DNA of 61,342 nt, filler included, from Catajapyx aquilonaris (Eukaryota), in assembly GCA_000934665.2 (NCBI GenBank). It is 3 parts of 3 records of this genome, joined end to end, with 100 filler letters (N's around TTAATTAATTAA, not from the genome) between each part and the next. Parts side by side here need not be neighbours in the genome. Positions count along the whole stretch, not along the records: positions 1 to 20,357 come from JYFJ02006280.1; 2 more parts are not named here. The stretch is one strand, 5' to 3'. Shown here one piece after another: positions 1-12,261 of the stretch. Position numbers and translations under genes: made by a program. The notes under the pieces were generated by a model. The model ran no database searches. It was not told the origin of the DNA and saw only the letters and a program-made list of their open reading frames with translations. Each line of letters begins with the position of its first letter. Position 1 is the stretch's first letter.

Positions 1-1149
1 CCCCCCCCCTAAATCCGCCACTGGTAATACGTAATGATTACGTATAGGCTAACTATTAATGTAATGATTTCTCATTTTCATTGTTTTTGTGCCATACTGA
101 TTACTGACACTGCGACTGCGAGAGTCAGACAGTGAGATAGTACGAGCTAAGACCCCGAATTGATTGGATCGAACCCGCTTTCTTACGTCTTATAGAATAT
201 AGAATATAGGTTATAGACTTTATAGGCCTATTATGGATTTGTGGGTTTCCTCGAAATTTTCTAAAACTCGTCGGAAAATTCGGGGGCCCCTTTGCTCGGG
301 GGCCCTGGGGCAGTCGCCCCACCTGCCCCTATGGTAGTTACGCCACTGGGGTCTATGCCGGCCTATGCTCTCTTTCACTGTCAGTCTCCAGGTATCACCT
401 GCTGAAATGGAACTGCAATGTCAGCCAGAAAAAATGGGGAATTGAATTCTTGGAAACCAGTCAATACATGGGTAAGAAAAAGTGGACCTGAAGCGATTCA
501 AGGCATCCAAAACACTTTCATAATAGATCAGTGTCTAACTGACCTGCAATAATATTGACCTCATCACTGATCTGCCCCTTCTGTTGCAAACTTAGGAGTC
601 TAGGACACAAACTCAGGGACTGTTTTTTTTCCTTCCCCTGGACAATCATGAGATTATGAATATTCCATTATGAGCAATTGTGGCTGGATCTTTAATATTT
701 TGGGGAAATCACATTAGCTCTCAACAAGTGATAACCAGCTGGCATGGATACAGCAAGTTATGGATTTTAAGTTAGCTGTTAGGATGGGATGCAAATTCAA
801 TGCCAGTTGGTAATAATGGTAATATATCAAGCATATTATGCAGTAGAAGTACCCCGCTCTATTTATTCATTTGAAAATGTGGTTTACAAAAAAAGGTTGC
901 AATTAAAGACGATTGGTACTTTTAATATGTCCGCTATGTTGATTAATTCTGATATAAGCCCTGCACAGTTGTGAAGGTAAAATGAGGGTAGCAGCTGAGG
1001 CAATAAAAAGAAAGGGGTTTAAACCCTAGGATGAAAGACAATCTTGTTTATGGGCGTAGAAAAAATCAAATGTGTGCGAGTTGTGCAAGTAGGCCTACTG
1101 TACAAACCGGTACAAACAATAAATTGATTCATTTTGAATCACTCGTAAT

Positions 1150-1598
1150 CCCCGCGCTTTGTAGATGGCGCCATGTGTTTACGTCATTAGCATGGGTCGG
1201 CATGGGTCATTAGGCACCTGCTTTTATTATTAAAAATCTCATTATTGAATATTATTAAATTAATCTCCAAGTTTATGACAAATTTTATGCATTATATATC
1301 TGCAAAACTGGTTAAATTTTAGGTCACTATCGAGCACATACTATATTTTCCCTGTTCCCTGTTCGGACCGTTCCAGACCGCTCGGACTGCGGGAGTGCGG
1401 GCGGACTCGGAGCTCGGAAGTCGGAAGTCTCGGAACACACTGGCGCATCGCTCCGAAGCACGCCAAGGAGTAGGAAATTTCTATTTCCTCACCTTTCTAC
1501 AGAACAGTTGGTGCTCGGAGTCCCCGCCACGGTCCCCACGGACTAGACCGGACCGGACAAGACTGTGATCTGACGTTTGCACGGTTTTCGAACCGAGA
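1150..1598 (+). promoter_or_regulatory. CpG-rich housekeeping-type promoter/5' region of MDP1
   Basis: Local CpG enrichment just upstream of the MDP1 ATG; tandem ETS-like CGGAAGT at 1415-1421 and 1422-1428, GC box near 1397-1405, YY1-like AGATGGCGCCAT near 1163-1174. Confidence 0.5.
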
Positions 1599-3036
1599 AT
1601 GGCCACTTCATATGTGGTGGCCGGACCCAGTTCAGGCCATTCTAAAGGTCCTAAAGATGGCCATAAGGATCTGACGAGACCTGAGCTGATAGTTTTTGAT
1701 CTAGGTAAGCCAGAATATATGATCATCAAACTGCACAAGCATTGTGGAGAATGGAAGGTTACAGTTTTCAATTAATTCCAGTTATACAGACAGGCCCCAT
1801 TTCAAAAGAGGGTTGGGTTACAGGAAAACAGTGTCGTAGAATGGAAGTGTAACGAGACCAAGTTAGAATGTAATTTAATGACCAGGGATGGAAAAAGAAC
1901 CGCTTCTTTGGGAGGAAGCGGTTCTTTTTTCATCCCTTCACATGGAAAAAAGAAGCGCTTCTTGGAAGGAAGCGGTTCTTTTTCCATCCCTGTTAATGAC
2001 AGATTCCAAAATTTCCTCATGTACAGTACTAATATTGTTGAGTATTTGGAACAGCTAATGCACACATTTAACACTTAACTAGTGACCTGGAAAATCCTAA
2101 CACTCACGGTGACCTGGGGTCTTTTAAGACCCCAGGGGATTTTAAATATAAATTGCCTTTAATGATAAATATTGGCTTTTTAATGCTTTTACACAACACC
2201 TGCAACTGTTTTCTACAATTTGGTTTAATTTTCAACTCTAGCTGCCATAGAACGGAATTTAAAAAATCATATACCTAACCATGCAATATTTTCATAACAA
2301 AAAAATTGCACCTGGGGGTCTTAAAATACCCCAGGTCACCAGTTAAGGGTTAATGGGAGGATCCAGGTGGAAGGTCATTGAGTTGTGAGGATTCCATTCC
2401 CTTTGTCAAAAATTGCAGTAGTGATGTCTGCTATGACTTCCTATCCTAACCTGTTTTTTCAGAGATGCTATAGTAGGACTTCAACATCATGTTGACACCT
2501 CTTTGAATGCAATGGTTTTTCCCATTGAGGATTATTATCACTACATCAAATGCATTGCAAGTTTTGGCAAAAGCATTCTTGTTCTCTTTTTCATGTCCTG
2601 GTTGGTCCAATTTAAATTGTTACTAATTATTTCACATTTTTCCTGTCAGAGGTAATTTTGAAAAGGTTCATGTGAAACGTCGTAGAATGGACTCATAAAG
2701 CAAGGCTACCTGTACTTATGAAATGTGAATGAATGCAAAGAGTGCCCATGTGTTATTGGGTCAATATTCAGTAAAGGTACAACATGTTATACCACTGCAG
2801 TAAATGGTAATATACACAGCCTTCCACCTCTAAGGTCCCGAGTTCGATCCCCGGGTCGCGCAAGGGATGCTTATGTGGATAGAGTTTTGATGGGTTCTCT
2901 CCGTGTTCGCGTGGGTTTTCTCGGGGTTCTCCCGTTTCCTCCCGCAATCAAAATCCATCACACGCAGGCAATGATTAAAGACGGTTCACGAAAAGATGAT
3001 CCCCTAAGAGGCCCAAGGGGCCTATCACGGGGTATC

Positions 3037-3099
<63 letters not shown>

Positions 3100-6000
3100 C
3101 ATTATTATTATTATAAATGGTAATACACATGGTGCAGATTCAACTTACCAGCACTTTGGGGATTAGTAGAGGAGTTCCAGGTATTAATCATTTTAAGTAT
3201 AGGTATCATGGATCTCTGCTGCCCAGTTACTGAGATAATGGGCTTCAAAACACATGGTATAAAAATAATATCCTGGCAGATATGCATTCCTCTGGCGACC
3301 TGATCATTTTCATGAAAATTAGGTACTAGTACATAGCAGGGTCCCCTACATGGTTGCCTCCCCCACGTTAGCTAGGGTATTGTCTCCACGTAGTCCTTAT
3401 GGGGCGGCCACATTGGAGCTAGATTGCATGCTGCATATAGGAAATTGGCAAGCATCTAATTTTTTTTTGTCAAGGATTTTTTTTTACCTCATGCAGATCC
3501 AATGTGAATTAGCTCCAATATGTCGGAGACACAATACCCTGTCTAGGTGGGGGAGGCACTCATGGAGGTTACCCTGGTACATAGGACATTATCACTGTGC
3601 CATTATCGACATTTGAGGGTCATATTTATTCAAATTGATAAAGGACTTATTATGGATGGGATCATTATATTTTTTGTACTTAACACTAAATTGATGCCAA
3701 ATGGGATATACTACTGTATATTTGATGCCAATTTTATGACAAACTTTTTTTTAAAAAACGTTACCCCATGATAGGGCCATTGGCCCTTTTAGGGGGTGGA
3801 ATATCACCATCCTTTAATTTTTCTGTAATTTTTCTTCTGACTCCGGTGCAAGGATGAAAGGATATGGGGTAATGATGGGGATTTCTGGGGAGGGGACACA
3901 GGTGCAAGTGCAATGTCTGGAAAGGGGTCATGTGCAGTCCCCCAGGAGGCTAGGTTGCCAAGACGCCTCCTAGGCGCGGGTCAGAGACCCACTGACGCAG
4001 GCGGAAGGGAACTCCCGGGTGGGGATCGAACCCGGGACCTTCTGCCCAGCAAGCCGAGATGTTTCCATCTCAGCCACCATGCCTCCCCACAAACTAATTT
4101 AATACTTGCACATGTGTAAATTAATGAGGATGGTAATTTTATTCCCAACTTGTGGTGGTGTAGGAAGTATGCTTGTACCGTATTACCTCACTTAAAGCAG
4201 CATGCCGGTATAAAACAAGGTCGACCAGCATGCCGGTATAACCTGGGGGTGGCTGGCATGCTGCAATAACCGAGATAGATTTCCACAATTGTTCCTTGTC
4301 TCATTTTTTGGAATGCAACTGGTACTGTAGGCTACTAAAATAATGTTACAGTAAAATATGTGCAAGTACAGGGTTGTGAAAATATAACACGGTCATAGAA
4401 TGTAGGAAATAAATTATGGTTTGAAAATGAAACCTTTTGTTTCCATGCTCATTTTGAACTTTGACCAAATATTGACCCAATTACAGTGAAGCTTGCATGT
4501 ATTGGACTCTGGACATGAACTAGAACTCTGAAGTCCTGGCAGCAAGATGCAGTTTCTTTCTCTATTTTTAATTTTTTTTTGTAGGATGTAATGGCAAATG
4601 CCTAACATGGGATTGGATGAACTGTTTAGGTGCATCAGTAAGGAAAATCATGGGTATAATGCAATTAATACTGTACTAGTGTCAGCCATAAGTTAACTCA
4701 GCAAGACACTCAAAAATGTAAGTTTACTGCTGGATTCTCATGTATCCTGCATTGAGATGCTGCACATTTTGTTATATCTGTGACTGTGAGAGGTACGTCC
4801 CTTAGTAGATGGGGTGCAGTGTACTTGGACACACAAAGAACTGCATGAACAAGTTATAAATCATGGACCAGGGACACTTTCCTACTGTAGAATAGTTCTA
4901 CAAAACAAAATTGTTCATTGTGCAGAAAGAATCATGAAATGACGTGATCAAGTGTAATAATTGTGATATTGGAGCATGGGAAACTCGACGAGAATTTTTA
5001 AAGACTACCAAAAGATTTTTTTTTTTTTTTCATTACCCCACGGGGGGAGTTATACTACTCCTTAGGGGGGGTGGGTTGCCACCTTTGGAATTTGTTTTTT
5101 TGGAGCGAGTTTAAGAAGAATCTTAATTAGTATGCTCCAAGGGTGGGTGGGAGGGGATGTGCAAAGTGCAAGTGCAATGTCTCCAATCGTCATTTTGTGA
5201 ACTCCCCCGGGTGGCTTAATCTGCCGGAAATTGCCACCCGAAACGAAGCCAGAGATGGCCCAACTCTGCACGAAAGAAGGTGGGAACCCCGGGTGGGGAT
5301 TGAACCCGGGACCTTAACTTCCGTGGACGCGCGCGTTACCGCGGCGCCACTCCGTCTCCCCGACGACTACCAAAAGAATTTAGAAAATGAGGCAAGTTAC
5401 GCATACTGGGGCTGTGAAAATCATCGTGAGCAGAAGTTAGTAATGTTGTACTTGACAAAATAATTATAAGTTATACAGGTTATTCCATCCAGGTCACTGT
5501 ATAATTAAAAATAGCTTTTCATGTGCCTATAACCATTAGATTGAATGTAACTTTTACAGGGTGAAGGGAAACTCACGGACAATCGCCAGGTAGACTGATA
5601 TTACTTGTAAAACTAATATAGGGATTTGCAATTAGTTTTGGGTGCCGTTGCATAGTTAATGCATATGTCGGCGTTGGGATTTTCGCCCAACGTTAATGTC
5701 GTTTATGTTCGAATAATTTGGGGTGGGCTGTATTAAAAGTACTACTTTAATGTGAGATATGTACAAATGTTTTATACAACTTATTATGGTACAAGATACA
5801 ATCCTTTCTGAAGTTACGATGTTCCCAAATTAAAGCTAATTCTCAATCAATGTTGTCTTAACAAAGGCTTGGCCAATGCCAGCCTCACGGGTTATAATCT
5901 GAGCAGCTACATTCCCAATCGTGAGCCCTAGCCCGCGCCCAGGAACTCTCTAGTCCTGTTCCAAAGTTACTCTTATATACTGGGCTGTGCCTGACAATAT

Positions 6001-9000
6001 GAGGAAACCCTCCTATTGCACAAGCAAAGTCAGCATGTTTTGCCCAATGTGGCAAGACTAACACTCGTGTGGCTCATCAAGATATGGATTGTCAAATCCA
6101 CTTGTAACACATATGGCGCTGTCAAAGTTTCGTGACGTCATGTCCGTTCCACCAGCTTCTAAGAAGCAAAAGTCAGTTCAAGGGCCTTGGTCCCCTAACA
6201 CATCGTCCATGTGCAAAAGCTGATCAAATCCCATCCAAGTAAGAATCCGGGTACCACACCAATGCACTTTGTCGTTTTTGCCCCATATTCCACCATCCGG
6301 CCTTCTACACTTTAAGGGCGCTGTACTCATTAAGTATGCAATGGAGACAAAAACTAATTGCACATCCCTATATTAGTTTTGCAAGTACTATAAGTTTACC
6401 TGGCGATTGTCTGCAAGTTTCCCTTCACCCTGTATGTTGTGTCCATCCTCTCCCCCATGCAGTTCCTGCACCACTGATGTGAACCTCTTTCGGGCATTTT
6501 AAGATGAACAAGTCAAGGACAGCATGGCCTTGTGCAACCCAGAATTTGATAAACTAAATATTTGTCTAGCTAGTAGAAATGGAACAGTTAGTTGAGAAAA
6601 ACAACTTGCTGGCTGCATGATAAAATCTGTAAATTTTTTCTGTATGTATGGTTCACTACAAACAGATTTCACTGTTCCCTTTTCATACGTAAAATTATCT
6701 TTCACAATGCCATTTTCATTCTCTATAATTTTTATGTTGCAGATTACACTCTCTGGCCGTTCTTTGTTGACACCGGCTTCATGCCACCTTTCAAGAAGGA
6801 CTCGTAAGTATACCACTAGGCTGCATGCGTATGAGAAAAAATCATGTGTATACCAGCCAAGTGTTTGTTTCAGTTAGATATTTGTTTCTATTATCTGCTT
6901 ATACAGGGTGAGACAGAACTGCAGGTAGGTCACTCTCATGTCAGGGTCCTCATTGGCCCAGTACAGTACCCTGCATTAATGGCTGTGCACAGACATCGCC
7001 ACCTGGCAGAAATAAGCGGTGGCGGCTGCGTACAAAATACTGAGACAGTTCAAAATACAGCGGTGGATTCAAACGCTTGCTACAAAGATGGATCATAGAT
7101 ATATCTGTGGGATGGATTGTAAGGCCATTGCGATTCCTATTAATACACTGAGGTTGTGAACCAGTTATTACAGTAGGGACCACGTGTTTTCCACGGTCTT
7201 TCAAGGATAATTCCGGGGTTGCTTCTGTATAATAGGCCACAGCCTCTTCCTTCCTTCCCTATCCTTGGAGGTTGAAAGGCAATGCTGGGCCAACCTCCTT
7301 AAATATATCAATTATAAAGTAGGGACCACGTGTATTGTTATTTCATGTTAATGTGCGGCTGTATAGGGGACTTTTTGGAGTGCGTGTAAACAGCATCACT
7401 CTTCTCTCATCATTTCGCTTTTTAAATCAGAAGTTATCTAAAATGAAGGGGTAGGATCTGCTGGGCTTGACAAGAAATGTCATCTATTGCCAATCATTAG
7501 TCAGAGTCATATGGGAGTCTCTCGAATGACAGTTGTCGCCTATACCCAATCTTTTGCACTACCCTATATGACTTGCTTCGCTTTACTACAGTGTATTAAA
7601 AACTCCCGAATTTAACAGTGAAATGATAAGAGAAGAGTGATGCTGTTTATGCGCACTCCCAAAAGTCCCCTACAGCCGGACATTAACAAGAGACAATTTA
7701 CTAATAAGCCTTCTCATGGTCCGTGTAATAACTGGTTCACAACTTCAGTGCATTGAGAGGAATCGCAATGGTTTTATAATCCATCCCATAGATACATACA
7801 TGCATTGCATCACGACTTAATTCCCATAAAGGGTGCCAACGGTGACCAGGTTATACCTGGCCACCGGATGATATAACTATGATTCGTCTATGATCTATAT
7901 TTGTAGCAAGCATTTGAATCCACCGCGATGTCTTGAGCAGTCTTGTGAGCGTCTTGAGCTATTAAGTATTTTGGACGCAGCCGCGGCCTCTTATTTCCGC
8001 CAGGTGGCGATGTCTATGCATAGCCATTAATGCAGGGTAGTGTACTAGACTTAAATGTAGGGGTGAGAAATGTATAAAACCCAATATTAACACTGCAGGA
8101 AACAATGATGGAAACCCATGACATGGACTATCAATCAATCAATCAATCAATCAATTGCTTTATTTCCCAGATGCATAAGCATATTAGGGAAAGACTCCAT
8201 GACATGGACTGTGATTGGGACTTATCTCTTTATACAGGGGCGAATCCAGAGAGGAATTTTGGGGGAGGAACTTTTGTTGCTGCCCCCCCCCTCCCCCTCC
8301 CCCCTCGTTTTCAAAGCCAGGCGCATAGGCAGAAAAAATTTCGGAGGGGGGATCCTTTCATAAGGCACTAGGCATAAATGGCGGGGAGCAAGCCCGGTGC
8401 AGGCGCAAAGGTTTTTGGGTTCAAGGTCACACGGGCTTAGGTGAATGTTGGAGATTTGAATGGGTGTGTATCTGATGAAATTGGTAGCACTTTTTTCCAA
8501 AACATCATGAATTAGTAATTTCTAATGCTATTTCAAACATTTCCGGGGGGGCTGCTTGATATTCATTTGCATCGAGAAGGGAACAAACATACACACATCC
8601 ATCCATCCGCATAGTCTAGCCCGCCACCCCCACGTTCCGTAGTTTCAGATCCCTCATTCCATCCCGCCCCGGCAAAAAGTGACCCACAAAGCCTACAAAA
8701 AATGAATACCGGTATGCAGGGAAACTTCCCACTTTGCATAGTGGAAAATGAAAACCAGCCACTACACAAAAGTCGCGTTTTGGACCTTAATTAGAGACGA
8801 CCAGAAGTCCAGAACACATTCCTGTTTTCCCCAGCTCGATGAGCATTTCTGATGTTTGAGCTTAACATATACACACACACTGTCAGTAGCCGTGGCTCCT
8901 TCTCAGACGGTTCCAAAGACTATGGTAGTTACAGAATGGTGTGAGTTTTGTATAAACTCACACCACATAATTATGTTGTTTAGACTGAAAAAGGCGCTCT

Positions 9001-12000
9001 CCTGCTACACCGGCAGGGTACTGAACACACCACTGTACAGTAGTACACTACGTTGTACAGTACCCTGCCGGTGTAGCATGAGAGCGCCTTTTTCAGTGCA
9101 ACCCGCAAGGCCCCCCCGTTCAACCAGGTTCAACCGAAAGTTTTTGCCTTGCATTTGCCAGTCCGCGGGGGTCAATTCGAATACAGAAAGGATGTGACGT
9201 CACGCCTACGGCCGTAACAAATAAATTGATTACTGCCGTATTTCTAATTGTTTTATAAAACCAACCGGGGTTGTCGCCACCTACGATTTTTCCCCACCCC
9301 CTCGCGTGCGCTTGACCCGTGACTCTGAAACACCCTGTATATTAGTTGAACTAGCTTAAGCATATTATAACTCATCCCTAACTTCCATAATTTCCGAAAA
9401 AACCTTAGACAAGTCAATGAAACAGCATATAGCTTCCCTCTAGGTTTACTTAGATATTTTTGAATTAACGTGTACAGAGTAAATAGATGATCCAGACAAG
9501 ATCTACCTCAGCGGAACGCCGCTTGCCGGTCTGGTACTAGCTGGTATGCATCAATCCACTCACGGAGTCTATTCGCTATTATCGCCGTATATAATTTACA
9601 GGAATTGTTAAAAAGAGCAATCAGCCTGTAGTTACTTGGGTTGGTTCTCTCGCCTGACTTGTAGATTGGTATGATTTTTGCCACCGCCCAGTTATTAGGG
9701 TAGGTTTGGGTTCGTATACACAATTCACAAATGTCATAGAGAGCTTCCTTCATGTTGGGCGAACTGTTTATCAAGAGAGCGTTTGAGATCATATCTGGTC
9801 CAGGGGCGGTCTTGTCACGCAAGTTCCGAATAATTTTATCGAATTCATTCATGGATAAAAGGGGTTATCTAAGGTGGGGACTGAGGAGGTCGCTATCCTC
9901 CGATCATGGTGACAATCATGGAAAGGGTTATTACAGAGTTAAGAATTTGGTGATGATGTCACCATAAATTGGTATCAATCTTTGGAGATGCCTTGAAAGT
10001 TCTAGAGTTTTTTATTTTGTTCCAGAATTGGATCGGAGATTTCGATGATGATAATTGATTCCTAAGAGTTATTGCATAATACTGTCTTTTTTTTGCATTC
10101 ATAAAATTCCTGTATGCCCTTTTTTTAGCATACTATTTCCGCTTATCCTCGGCGTCATATGAACTACTCCATACCTTCAAGGCATCACTAGTTTCCTGCT
10201 TTAAGATAGAAATATCTGCGGTGAACCATATGGCAGGTCGGTTTCTACAGTAGTATGATTGAAATTGGGTTCTGACCGGGTGACTAACAGACCATATTCT
10301 GTTAGTATAGTTCGAATTATTAGATTAAATCGGGTCATGCAATTTGATAAGTCGCCAGGTACATCGAATAAGTTGAACGCTTCGTCGAGATCTTTATGTA
10401 AGAAGCCGAAACCTTCATCAGGAATGATAAGTTTTTTGATGGGGCAAGCAGCGGGTGGGGGATCCAAAGTAGAAATCGGAATAGCCATGACACGTATAAC
10501 CCGAAAATGATCTGATTCGACACCTGGGATCACCTTAAGATCCAAACAATAAGGAGCAAGGTTTTGGAACGTAGGTAAGTAATCAATTGTACTCTGGCCT
10601 CGGGGGCTAACATATGTGTAAGAGCCTGGAATATCGGAAGGGAGAGACCCGTTCATTATGTAAAGTGAATAGTCGTTTATCATTTCCAACAGCTCTCTCC
10701 CTTTCGGGCTTGTGACAGTATCCATTGATTTACGTGAATGCACCTGATTAAAGGAGGGGCTAGTATTTTGTGTAAACGCAGGATTAGAAGCTGTTCTAGC
10801 ATTAATATCGCCAAGTAAGATTATGGTGGTGTAAACATCGTTATATTTCATTAATTCTGCCAACCATGACTGGGCAGCATCCTTCAGTGAAATAAGAGGG
10901 GGGATGTAAACCAAAAAAAGTGCGTATTTAGTTCTAAATGAGTCGTAAAATTCTAATACGATATGGGGGGGACTGGAGGACACTAACCGGGGCTTTAAAT
11001 CATGCTTAATAATGATTAACAATCCTCCCGACGCAGGTCCGTATTTGGAAATTCTAGTAGCTCTACATTGGTACACCAGCGAGCATAAAGATGGAGATGG
11101 CAGACCCTCACCTTCGGCAGGCTGCTCTGCCAATCTCAGCTATTACGGTATCAAATATACTGTCATAAATACACGAACACACGCCTGAAGCAGCTAACTC
11201 TGTCCAAAAAGAGTTCATTAATTTGAGTCGGATTTTAAAAATGTCAAAAAAGGGCCTGCCGTCTCCATCTTTATGCTCGCGGGTGTACATCACATACTTC
11301 TCGGGAGCAATGAACATTTGAATTTAGTTTTCAGCCCAAGTCTCAACATAACAGGAAATGTGTGGGTTCCAGAGTTGTTTTCAAACTGACTGAGATCCCA
11401 AGCCGTTCTTATGTTCAACCCAGAAATGTTCCAAGAGTTTATAAATTCTCTTGAGGGGATTTCACACATGTAGGACTGGTTTAAGTTCATTTGTCCAGGG
11501 GCCGCATCACGGGGGGAAGGGTGAATGCATTCAAGTGAATCCATTCTGTGGTATCTTGGTTAAACCTGCACTCCACTGGACCATCCTGGTGAGCACTGAT
11601 CACACTTGTGTTGACATTGCTAACTTCCAACCCACCATACAAAACATCACTTCTGGGATTAGCTTGAGGAATATTGCTCAGTGTAACTAATAAATCCACC
11701 AACACAGGGATCAAACTTTGTCGTACCGATGACATTGAACTTTTGCAATTAAAACACAAACCAGCACTGATTGGGTCAACACCATCTGCAGTAACCAGCT
11801 TGCCCCCTACTTCTCAATCCGAATTCATGTCGGCTGACTGATCCTTTCTGGGACCACGGAGCCGGAAGCAGCCAGTATCCTCCAAGATCGTCGTAACAGA
11901 AGCACTGGTACCTCCACGGTTGGATCCCCTCTGGCCAGCTGCACCATGACAAAAACCTCTGCCTGCCTCCACACCCTCGTGTTGGTCCTCGTCTTGGTTA

Positions 12001-12204
12001 AGTGAGGGCCGAGGGAAGCCTTCGGGAAACTCCTGACTAGAAGAGCTCTGGACAGGGGTCAACTGGGGAGGCTTGGATTGCTTCTGAAGCACCTTGGGTG
12101 AGACTGAGTGCAAGCCTTTGTTGGAAACCGGAGGAAGCAACGCCCCAGTTCCGTCGTTCGACCTTGGCTAGAGCGGACCGCATCGTGTTAGTTCACCGTT
12201 GAGC

Positions 12205-12261
<57 letters not shown>

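Noticed and set aside
1488..1560. Minus-strand donor AAAG|GTGAGG suggesting a gene divergent from MDP1
   Set aside because: No convincing downstream coding exon found in 1-1480; unsupported.
2725..3123. 132-aa ORF ending in poly-Tyr
   Set aside because: It reads through a SINE and its (TAT)n tail; not a gene.
4194..4272. Repeated CAGCATGCCGGTATA with short spacers (CRISPR-like)
   Set aside because: Only two or three degenerate units in eukaryotic intron DNA with no cas genes; probably MITE subterminal repeats.
5290..5361. tRNA-like A and B boxes (also near 4020-4088, 12650-12716, 33615-33684, 38450-38520, 41737-41805, 45940-46003)
   Set aside because: They are SINE heads followed by SINE body, tail and (mostly) TSD; not tRNA genes.
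5143..5463. Similar ORFs at 5143, 33481 and 38407 suggesting a small gene family (FVNSPGW...GIEPGTL)
   Set aside because: All are antisense readings of the same SINE family.
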